Below, one piece after another: positions 9,994 through 17,279 of a stretch of 64,000 nucleotides of DNA. Both the position numbers and the translations under genes were made by a program. Numbering within the stretch: position 1 is the stretch's first letter; every line of letters begins with the position of its first letter. The stretch is taken from positions 18,379 to 82,378 of IMG/VR virus record IMGVR_UViG_2513237354_000022; one strand, 5' to 3'. The notes below the pieces were generated by a model that was not told where the DNA came from, did not search any database, and worked only from the letters and a program-made list of their open reading frames with translations. Source of the DNA: a virus. Lineage: Duplodnaviria; Caudoviricetes.

Positions 9994-10293
9994 TCAGGAA
10001 TAACCAAGGAAACTGCTGCAGATATGCTGATACTCCGCGGGGCGGACGGTCACTGTACGGCCAGAGCGGTGAACAGCAGTGTAGGTGTAATAAGACGTGC
10101 CGTTATAAAACTTTGAAAGGGTCCAGCCGTTATCGGCGGCAATCTGATCAATCTCTGTAACATAGTGAGTACAAATACAGGCTAAAATACTGGTCCAAGG
10201 AGTGGGTCTTCGTGCAATGATCTCAATGAGGTGTGTGTAAGCCGCATAACGTATCAGCCATAATTTTTCCTTAGGCCCCTTCTTCGATATCAT
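9994..10293 (-). CDS. Hypothetical protein
   Basis: 99-aa ORF co-oriented with late genes; no family recognised. Confidence 0.45.
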   Translation of the reverse strand: MISKKGPKEKLWLIRYAAYTHLIEIIARRPTPWTSILACICTHYVTEIDQIAADNGWTLSKFYNGTSYYTYTAVHRSGRTVTVRPAEYQHICSSFLGYS

Positions 10294-10359
10294 GACATTT
10301 CCCTGGAAAGATGATAATTGCTCAACAGTATAGTTAACATGCGGAACTACACAATAAGT

Positions 10360-10977
10360 TCATGCGCGACGCCGGAAGGCATAACTGCCTATACCCTCTC
10401 TGCCAAGTTCAGTTTCTGCGGTGTTGTGCTCAGTACAGTCAAAGACCCGGCCGCCAAACCAGCGCAGCAGGCCGTCATGAGTCCAGTACCAGATATGCTC
10501 CGTCTTACGGAAATGGCGTGATTTCAGGATAGCATCTCCATCGGCAAAAATCGGCACCGACACGAATACCCACTTTTCAGCTTTTGCTACGGCAACGTCC
10601 GGGCGGTCAATGTGCTCCACCGCGTCCCACAGGGAAAGTGCCGGGTAGCGTTCGGCGTACAAATCAGCCCACAGACCTCGCTGTTTCAGCCAATCAACCC
10701 CGGCGGGATTCACGTCATAGCCGCGGGTATTGGGCCGGGCCTCAACGAACTGGCCGGCACCGATGCCGACATCCACCAGCGGTCCATCATAATGGCGCGC
10801 CACCAGCTGAATGCGGGCCTGCGTCAACGCATGCCCCATCGGCGTGTCGGCCATCTGCTGATAGCGGGAAAAATAGTGTTCGTCATACGGGCGGTTTTGC
10901 GGTACCGGAAAATACCCCATGCCCAGCGCGGGCAGCCAGACCAGCCCGTGTTTCAGTTCGTCAAAGAACGATTCCAT
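10360..10977 (-). CDS. Class I SAM-dependent methyltransferase (cassette copy 1)
   Basis: LVDVGIGAGQF motif I, GYDVN, SLWDAVEHI; homologous to 41802-42416. Confidence 0.85.
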   Translation of the reverse strand: MESFFDELKHGLVWLPALGMGYFPVPQNRPYDEHYFSRYQQMADTPMGHALTQARIQLVARHYDGPLVDVGIGAGQFVEARPNTRGYDVNPAGVDWLKQRGLWADLYAERYPALSLWDAVEHIDRPDVAVAKAEKWVFVSVPIFADGDAILKSRHFRKTEHIWYWTHDGLLRWFGGRVFDCTEHNTAETELGREGIGSYAFRRRA

Positions 10978-11824
10978 GCAGCCACTCGTGAAGTTTGTCG
11001 TCAAAATTGCTTATGCGCCGGTCACAGTCGTGATCTGCCCGCATGCAGCGGCAGTAGTTATCGGGCATCGCCCAGCGGGTGTGGGATAAATCCATTGCCG
11101 GATCCGTTACAATTTCCGGCGCGTTATGCCCGCCACGACCGCCCGCTACCACAAACAGCGGTGTCTGATACGCGATAGCCATAGGAACCGAAAACCCTAC
11201 CGGAGTGACCACGCAGGCGGCACGCACGTAAAGGCTGCACAGCTGCGTCAGCGTCAGCTCGCCGTGGTGAAGTTTTAAATCAGCCGCGGGTTCGTCGCCT
11301 ATTATCCATTCCATGCCGGGAACGGTATCGGCCACGCTTACCACGAAAAAGTGCTGGCGCAGCCGCTGTGCGGCGCGTACCAGATACTCAGGATTGGGAT
11401 TACGTGAAGCGCTGGCCCACTCTGTGCGCACGGTTGAAGGCCGGATGACCGCAACGGATCTGTCTGTCGGTATGGACGGGTGCAGATCGTTAAACTGCGG
11501 CAGGTCAAACTGCAGCGGGCCGTTCACGCCAAACTGACGCCGGAACGCCGGGATAATGCCGCCAGCAGACAAATCAGTCGGGCCGTATCCGATGCGCTTT
11601 CTGACGCCACCGCGTGGTACCGGATGGAAGACATAGCGCGACCGGAGTTCGTTTTTCTCCTGGGTGCGCAGGTGCGTACCGCTGCGGACGCATTTCACAT
11701 TGAGGCCGCGATACAGTTCCGGCCAGCAGGTCCGCACATATGCGCCGGGGAAGTGGCGCAGGAACGGGCGCTGGTAGATGGAATCACCCAAGCCCAGCAT
11801 TCCTTCAAAATAATACGTTGTCAC
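10961..11824 (-). CDS. GT-B glycosyltransferase, GT9 (heptosyltransferase)-like (cassette copy 1)
   Basis: N-terminal GLGDSIYQRPF and C-terminal LTLTQLCSLYVRAACVVTPVGFSVPMAIAYQTPLFVV follow the GT9 pattern; homologous to 42322-43263. Confidence 0.65.
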   Translation of the reverse strand: MTTYYFEGMLGLGDSIYQRPFLRHFPGAYVRTCWPELYRGLNVKCVRSGTHLRTQEKNELRSRYVFHPVPRGGVRKRIGYGPTDLSAGGIIPAFRRQFGVNGPLQFDLPQFNDLHPSIPTDRSVAVIRPSTVRTEWASASRNPNPEYLVRAAQRLRQHFFVVSVADTVPGMEWIIGDEPAADLKLHHGELTLTQLCSLYVRAACVVTPVGFSVPMAIAYQTPLFVVAGGRGGHNAPEIVTDPAMDLSHTRWAMPDNYCRCMRADHDCDRRISNFDDKLHEWLHGIVL

Positions 11825-12357
11825 AGCACGTCCTCAGGTCGGGCTCGCGGAAAACAGGTCAGCACCGTGTGGCGCGAGCAGTTGATGATGCTGACCGACT
11901 GAAGGCTGTCCGCCAGACGCTGAAACTCACCCTGCCAGCGCCGGGTGCTTTCGGCGTCAGGATTTTTAAGCCCGTCAGGGTGATCCCCATGCCAGTGCGT
12001 GCCGTATTCCAGCGAGCAGTCGTAGCCCAGCAGGATGATTCGCTCAGCGCCCAGATGGACAGCAAGTTGAATGGCACGCTGGCCGGAGTTGAAAGAGTCG
12101 CTGTCGGACGGCCGGAACAGATTAATGTCGTAGCGCAGATGCGCCCGCCCGCTGACCGTCCAGCGTTGCGCATCTGTAGCGAGTGCGGCGTGGTGCCTGT
12201 CCCACCAACTACAGTCGGCAGCAAAGAGATAATGGCATGCGGGGATCAACTGCCAGCTGGAGTTAACGGCGATAACGGGGTGAACTGAGTTTACGGCAAG
12301 ATCACAGTCAGAGCGCGTCAGCGATGGACCGCTGGCAATGCAGATTACAGAATTCAT
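11821..12357 (-). CDS. WaaZ/Maf(DUF115)/CstII-fold putative glycosyltransferase (cassette copy 1)
   Basis: CIASGPSL, VIAVNSS, FAAD, NSGQRAIQLA, IILLGYD, HWH and IINCS motifs; homologous to 43257-43808. Confidence 0.6.
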   Translation of the reverse strand: MNSVICIASGPSLTRSDCDLAVNSVHPVIAVNSSWQLIPACHYLFAADCSWWDRHHAALATDAQRWTVSGRAHLRYDINLFRPSDSDSFNSGQRAIQLAVHLGAERIILLGYDCSLEYGTHWHGDHPDGLKNPDAESTRRWQGEFQRLADSLQSVSIINCSRHTVLTCFPRARPEDVL

Positions 12358-12690
12358 TAAAGACGGTCCGTTGTGCCTGGGTTTAAACAAAATGCGCATA
12401 AATGAGATCTGTTATCATCTTCAATTCTGACCCGGGAGGCATTCAGTTTGGTTTCCCACACAAAAAAACACCGCCGCAGATTACTGCGCGCATTAGCAAA
12501 AAGCAGAAACTTTCTTTTACTTTCAGGAACAGAGCATTGCCCCGTCCGGCAGAAATACATTTCCACAACGTCGGATAACGTTCCTGTCATCATTCATGTT
12601 ATTGATTCTGATGATGCGGACGGTTAACGACTGAATTCAGGCGCGAGGCTGTCGCTATCGCAGGCGCGCCGTCAGTGCCTGCTTTAACAC

Positions 12691-12867
12691 TTACTGACTG
12701 GTTTCCTCATCGTGGCCGAGAATATCCGCCAGTGCGGTATCCACCGCCGAGTCAATCTGGGTATCAAGGTCAGCTTTAATCTGAGTTTTCAATGCAGTAG
12801 TGACTGCATCGGATTTCAGCGCATTTTTTACCAGTGTGTCAGTGACGATATCTTTTACTTCTGCCAT
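12691..12867 (-). CDS. Small acidic phage protein
   Basis: MAEVKDIVTDTLVKNALKSDAV with RBS GGAG; resembles small hypothetical genes near lysis modules of enterobacterial prophages. Confidence 0.55.
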   Translation of the reverse strand: MAEVKDIVTDTLVKNALKSDAVTTALKTQIKADLDTQIDSAVDTALADILGHDEETSQ

Positions 12868-12986
12868 TTCAGGCTCCTTTTGAGTTTTGCGGCTGAACAG
12901 CCAGTCTTTTATCCACATGGTTATAGCCTGTGGTCACGATTGATATTGTCGAGGAATGTATAAAACGCAGATGTAGCAGAGCCAAT

Positions 12987-13011
12987 AAAAAAAGCGGCAC
13001 ATGGCCGCTTT
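12987..13011 (-). terminator. Rho-independent terminator after the DUF2778/partner pair
   Basis: AAAGCGGC-CATGT-GCCGCTTT followed by TTTT on the minus strand. Confidence 0.7.
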
Positions 13012-13035
13012 AATACGAAGACGTTGGATTAGCTG

Positions 13036-13374
13036 TCAATTACTGATCTCACTTTTACTGACCTGATAAACGCTTACGCCTGTTAGAGAACACTCATCAG
13101 TTGAAGCATCATTTTTAGTGATAATCTCATAAGATTTCCCAGCCTTGTCATAGAAAACAAAGTGATAAACCTCCGTCCATACGCCCTGCTTCTTCTTTTC
13201 CGCAGCAAGTAAATGTACTTTTGTTTTCGACTCATCCAACTGACTTATATCAACCTCTTTTTGATTCTTGAGCCATACTTCGGCCATGTTTTTTGGCCAG
13301 GATGAACATCCTGGAGCTGCAGCCAGAACACTAAGCGGAAACAAAGTTACTAAAGCCAGTAAAATCTTCTTCAT
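13036..13374 (-). CDS. Exported protein, putative periplasmic immunity partner
   Basis: Sec signal MKKILLALVTLFPLSVLA; two Cys (GCSSWP...ECS); 4-nt overlap with the DUF2778 gene. Confidence 0.65.
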   Translation of the reverse strand: MKKILLALVTLFPLSVLAAAPGCSSWPKNMAEVWLKNQKEVDISQLDESKTKVHLLAAEKKKQGVWTEVYHFVFYDKAGKSYEIITKNDASTDECSLTGVSVYQVSKSEISN

Positions 13375-13736
13375 TCAATCACCTCCAGATTTCTGTCGCC
13401 GCTGCTCCAGACAGAATGACGAACATTTAAAGGCATAATAATGCAGCCATTAGAAGCTTCACCGGGATGCGCAGTGCTGTCACCATGAATTAAGAAGCCG
13501 GAACGGCCATACATTATGTTTGATGCGGCAGGCGTCAGACGCATTGAATAGGCTCCTGTGTGAGGATGTTTGAATGGCGCTCCTATTGTGTATTTTCCTC
13601 TCGGCAGAGGACCAATATCGGCTGTTCCCTGCATAGTTGGGGCGTTCTTTCCTGCTCCTACTCCCGCATAGCCATTACCAATCAATTTGTTATTACGAAA
13701 AAGTTTTCCTGAGCTTTGATGATAAATCCAGGTCAT
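13371..13736 (-). CDS. DUF2778 / Tlde1-like L,D-transpeptidase-fold protein
   Basis: GPLPRGKY and RSGFLIHGD...ASNGCI: the His-x(13)-Cys catalytic region; no signal peptide. Confidence 0.8.
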   Translation of the reverse strand: MTWIYHQSSGKLFRNNKLIGNGYAGVGAGKNAPTMQGTADIGPLPRGKYTIGAPFKHPHTGAYSMRLTPAASNIMYGRSGFLIHGDSTAHPGEASNGCIIMPLNVRHSVWSSGDRNLEVIE

Positions 13737-13845
13737 ATTCCTTATTCCTATAGGATCACATGCAACTCAGATTCTAGTTAGTTAAAAACCTAAAAAGAAA
13801 TTTTTCCGCACAATGTGTTTTCTGGACAGTATTAACTACATGCTC

Positions 13846-14313
13846 TCAATCTCGATTGGTGACAATCTGTCTTATATAGTCCTGAAGATAGCTTATTTTT
13901 TGTTGGTCGCTGATGATGCCTGCTCGGATATCAAGAATGTTTTGTCGAGAATCTGAAGAGAATTCGACGGCGGCTGCATAGCCCAGGCTGCGGGTTGCTG
14001 ACGCTGAGCCGGTACCGGACACGGGGCATTTTGCGTGGACGTACATGCGGCGAGTACCATCGGCAAGCTGACGGCTAAGAGCATCATTCTGAGATTCGGC
14101 AGCACTGAGCGCCTCCGTGTGGGTTTTATCGAGTGCGGCCAGTTTCTGCTGGCGCTCCTGAATGTCGGTAATGGTGTCGAACTGTTGCCTCGTAATCTGA
14201 TATGCAGCACGATAATCCTTTCGCCAGGCGACGGCTTTATCGTGATAGTGGTCAGCGGCCCAGCCCAGAGAGAGAACAGCGACTGCCAGTGCAGCAATAA
14301 GGTATTTATTCAT
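13846..14313 (-). CDS. Rz-like i-spanin
   Basis: N-terminal TM, coiled coil and RRMYVHAKCP motif of the lambda Rz family. Confidence 0.85.
   Translation of the reverse strand: MNKYLIAALAVAVLSLGWAADHYHDKAVAWRKDYRAAYQITRQQFDTITDIQERQQKLAALDKTHTEALSAAESQNDALSRQLADGTRRMYVHAKCPVSGTGSASATRSLGYAAAVEFSSDSRQNILDIRAGIISDQQKISYLQDYIRQIVTNRD
13893..14087 (-). CDS. Rz1-like o-spanin lipoprotein embedded in Rz
   Basis: MMLLAVSLPMVLAAC lipobox; Pro-rich; alternate frame inside Rz. Confidence 0.75.
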   Translation of the reverse strand: MMLLAVSLPMVLAACTSTQNAPCPVPAQRQQPAAWAMQPPSNSLQILDKTFLISEQASSATNKK

Positions 14314-14930
14314 ACCTTGAGCGCCACCAGCGCAACCTGATATCTGGCTTTCCGATCCTCAAGGCCATTGGCACCGCCATTAATAATCTTCGTGATCGCC
14401 TCAATATCACCACCATGCTTCAGGCAACCCTTTGAGGCGTAAAACCATGCAGCCGAACGGGCGGCATACTCATCCTGTTCCAGCAATTGCGGAATTAACA
14501 GCAAATCGGCACCCAGACCAGCACCACAATCCCGGTAATTGTCGTGGCCGGTGATCTGTATCAGGCCACGGCCACGATAATTCCAGCCGTCATTTGATCC
14601 CGGATAACCGTTACCCATTCGGTTTGCATAGACAATATTTGCTATTGCCTGCTGGTTAGCTGCGTGTTCAGTGGTGCGTCCGTATTTCTGAGCGCTTTCT
14701 GCGTCGAAATATTTCCCAAACGTAGCCAGCAAACCATCAGCCGAATAATTCAGATTCTCGACAATGCGGGTGAAACCACCGGACTCATGCCCTACCTGAG
14801 CGATAAACTTTGCCTGATCGTCAGCGGAGGTAATGCCAAACTCAGTCATTGCCGCATCAATTGGCTGAAACCAACGCGCAGCTAATTCGGCGCTGATATT
14901 AGCCGCCTTCTGAAACTGTGATTTATTCAT
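14310..14930 (-). CDS. Endolysin, glycoside hydrolase family 19
   Basis: AQVGHESGGF, ENLNY, YRGRGLIQITG, INGGANGLEDR. Confidence 0.92.
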   Translation of the reverse strand: MNKSQFQKAANISAELAARWFQPIDAAMTEFGITSADDQAKFIAQVGHESGGFTRIVENLNYSADGLLATFGKYFDAESAQKYGRTTEHAANQQAIANIVYANRMGNGYPGSNDGWNYRGRGLIQITGHDNYRDCGAGLGADLLLIPQLLEQDEYAARSAAWFYASKGCLKHGGDIEAITKIINGGANGLEDRKARYQVALVALKV

Positions 14931-15253
14931 TCGCTTTTCTCTGTGCTGATGCCGGTACGCTTGGTAAATAACGCCACGGCACTATCACGCATTCGGTCAG
15001 CGCCAATAAAACCAATCATGCCGCCAACGAATGCGCCGGAATTTGCAGGAAGGCCCAAATATTCCAGAATCGCTGATACTGCTAACGCTGCAATTCCGCA
15101 TACTAACGCCCCGGTAGCTGTATAGATTTTGGGCTTTCCAGCCCTGATATCCATTAATGCCGAAATCCCTAAAGCCGTCAGCCCGGCATAAACCGACGGC
15201 AGGTATACAGCCAACCATTTCATTGTTTGCTCAATTATTCCGTGTTTTTCCAT
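14927..15253 (-). CDS. Holin, lambda family
   Basis: Start MEKHGII (RBS GAGG); multiple TM segments; GFIGAD motif; overlaps the endolysin start. Confidence 0.85.
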   Translation of the reverse strand: MEKHGIIEQTMKWLAVYLPSVYAGLTALGISALMDIRAGKPKIYTATGALVCGIAALAVSAILEYLGLPANSGAFVGGMIGFIGADRMRDSAVALFTKRTGISTEKSE

Positions 15254-15437
15254 AGTCACCTCTGGAACGGGGCGCCGTGTGAGAATAAAAAATCCCCGAA
15301 TATCCAGGAGCGGCAAAGGGGAAAGGCGTTTCACTAAATTGACCTGTTAGCGGCCTTAATATGAGAAAGCCCCTGCGAGTGCAGAGGCCTTAAAAAAATA
15401 AAACCCCACCGAAGTGAGGTTTCTTAAATAGTGGGGC

Positions 15438-15610
15438 GGCTTTGTTGAATAATAGGTAATCATTCTGTTTTGTCTGCACTGTTTTGGTAGAAAACGCTGA
15501 TGCCAGACAGAACACCGTCATACGCAAGCATGTAACGCATTGATTTTATGTTATCTGAAACAACCGTTTTCATAGTACCACAGCATAAAATCCATTTATT
15601 CAACAAAGCC
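15438..15610 (-). mobile_element. 173-bp MITE with IS903-type ends, copy 1
   Basis: Terminal IRs GGCTTTGTTGAATAA / TTATTCAACAAAGCC; reverse complement of 61825-61997 with one mismatch seen; no transposase. Confidence 0.88.
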
Positions 15611-15641
15611 ACTCATCCCTTGTGAGAGCTAAAAGCGGCAT
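15611..15641 (-). pseudogene. 5' stub of a gene truncated by the MITE
   Basis: AGGAG RBS and ATG, then MPLLALTRDE, then the MITE end. Confidence 0.45.
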
Positions 15642-15678
15642 TGCTAATCTCCTATAAATGATACAGATGAAGGCGGTA

Positions 15679-16848
15679 TTAACCGATCTGCTTAACGTGC
15701 CAGAAAATTTTATCAGCGTAGAGCTCATAACCTTTACGCTGATCTTCCAGCCAGTCATGTTTGTTGTACACCGCCATTACCCCGCCAAGTTCGTGCCCCA
15801 ACATCTTTTCGGTGACATGGGGCAATATCCCTTCCTCTGACAGATTCGTTACCAGGGTGCGCCTGAAATCATGCGTACGCCATTCGGGAATATCGATTTT
15901 GCTTCTCAGTTTTCGCATGTACAGATTGCACGATGAGCGATCTATTGCTGTGTCCAGTTCCTGACCGGGAAACATAACCGGATTTTTCATTGCAAGCAGC
16001 CTTTCAACATAAGGTTGTATCTGTTCGAAAATGGGACGCCTGATGATGTTACCCATCTTCGAATGCTCTGCTGGCGTCGTCCAGATAAGATCATCCATGT
16101 TGAATTCAGCGGGGGTAGACAGCCGCAGTTCTGAAAGGCGGGCGCCCCAAAGCAACAACATCTGGTGAAGAATTTTATTAGAAGAAAAGACTTTATTATT
16201 TTCCAGCGCCAGCCAGATTTTCGCCAGTTCGTTATAGGTGAGAACGCGCTCGCCGGTATCAGGTTTTTTTCCGATATTTTTAACGCTCAGTTTAAGCACT
16301 TCACAGGAGGGAATAAGCTGGCGGCTGATGCACCAGTTCATGACTGATCGGAGTTGCAGAAGCAGTACCCTGGCTTTCTTCTTATTGGTCTGTTCCTGCT
16401 TATCGAAAAATTGCACCCAAAGCGACACAGGGATGTTTGCTACCGGCACATCCTTAAATTGTGTGTACATGGTGTTGTACACAACTGACTTGTACAGGAT
16501 GCGTGTGTTTTCCTTTAGCCCGGTAACGTACTTGTTCCACCACTCATCGAGGCAGTCTTGTAGCGTCAGTTCCCCGCTGCTGCCGACCAAATAAGTTTTG
16601 GGGTTAACCCCCTTCATGTACAATGCCCGCATTTCGCCGACCGCTACGCGAGCCTCTTTGAGAGACATAGCAGGATAGCGGCCAAGCGTGATGCGTACAG
16701 GCTTATTTTGCCAGCGGTAGCGATACTGAAAAGCGATGGTACCATTAGGCGTAATGCGCGCACTCAGGCCGTCAGCGTCGGTCACCTCTGCCGGGCCGCT
16801 GTAGGGCTTGCCGTTTATGCTGCGCAGTTTGGTATCGCTGAGGGCCAT
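15679..16848 (-). CDS. Tyrosine integrase (prophage 1)
   Basis: MALSDTKL arm-binding domain; RLSEL, HDFRRT, LGH...AVY catalytic residues. Confidence 0.93.
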   Translation of the reverse strand: MALSDTKLRSINGKPYSGPAEVTDADGLSARITPNGTIAFQYRYRWQNKPVRITLGRYPAMSLKEARVAVGEMRALYMKGVNPKTYLVGSSGELTLQDCLDEWWNKYVTGLKENTRILYKSVVYNTMYTQFKDVPVANIPVSLWVQFFDKQEQTNKKKARVLLLQLRSVMNWCISRQLIPSCEVLKLSVKNIGKKPDTGERVLTYNELAKIWLALENNKVFSSNKILHQMLLLWGARLSELRLSTPAEFNMDDLIWTTPAEHSKMGNIIRRPIFEQIQPYVERLLAMKNPVMFPGQELDTAIDRSSCNLYMRKLRSKIDIPEWRTHDFRRTLVTNLSEEGILPHVTEKMLGHELGGVMAVYNKHDWLEDQRKGYELYADKIFWHVKQIG

Positions 16849-17044
16849 CGTTATATTTCCTGTACACATCCGATAGCTGTCATTCTGTACTCAATGTGTA
16901 CGCAATGGCAAGTGAACGAAGTGATATTAAAGTGAAACACAGGCGGGCAAGTCGAAACAAAAAGGAACGTAAGACTTGAGAAAAACAGAGGGTTTGCGGT
17001 AGGATAGAAACACTCGCGAACTGTTCAAAACAGCACCGAACGAC

Positions 17045-17119
17045 GTCCTCTTAGTTAAATGGATATAACGAGCCCCTCCTAAGGGCTAGTTGCAGGTTCG
17101 ATTCCTGCAGGGGACGCCA
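17045..17119 (+). tRNA. argW: tRNA-Arg, anticodon CCT
   Basis: 75-nt cloverleaf GTCCTCTTAG...GGGGACGCCA; anticodon arm AGCCC-CT-CCT-AA-GGGCT; matches E. coli argW as recalled. Confidence 0.97.
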
Positions 17120-17279
17120 TTACACTGTTCGCCAGCATCCGCAGAAGTTCGTTAAATCCCCGCCAAATCAGCAATCACAGGTAATTACTGTTCGCTAACG
17201 TTCGCTTTAGATCGTTGACAGCCGCACTGTTTAGCGGGTAAAAAACGGGTAAAGCATTTTACCCACCGGAATTTTACCC
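17106..17279 (+). promoter_or_regulatory. attL with probable RDF sites, integrase promoter and arm-type sites
   Basis: GTTCG/GTTCG/GATCG at 17190, 17200 and 17210 (10-bp phasing); TTGACA at 17215; GGGTAAA and TTTACCC repeats before the int ATG. Confidence 0.65.

Larger units (their letters stand above)
1..16900 (-). mobile_element. Defective prophage 1 (integrase, lysis, packaging and head genes; continues left of the window)
   Basis: Co-oriented minus-strand holin-endolysin-spanin, terminase, portal, gp7, scaffold and capsid genes; integrase at 15679-16848; no repressor, replication or Q genes; terS broken. Right boundary approximate. Confidence 0.85.

Noticed and set aside
10584-12288. Plus-strand ORFs opposite cassette copy 1
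   Set aside because: Not conserved opposite copy 2, whereas the minus-strand genes are.
10360-12357. Cassette as a gtrABC-type O-antigen conversion or restriction-modification system
   Set aside because: No flippase or multi-TM protein; the methyltransferase lacks DPPY/NPPY or PC motifs of DNA methyltransferases; no nuclease.
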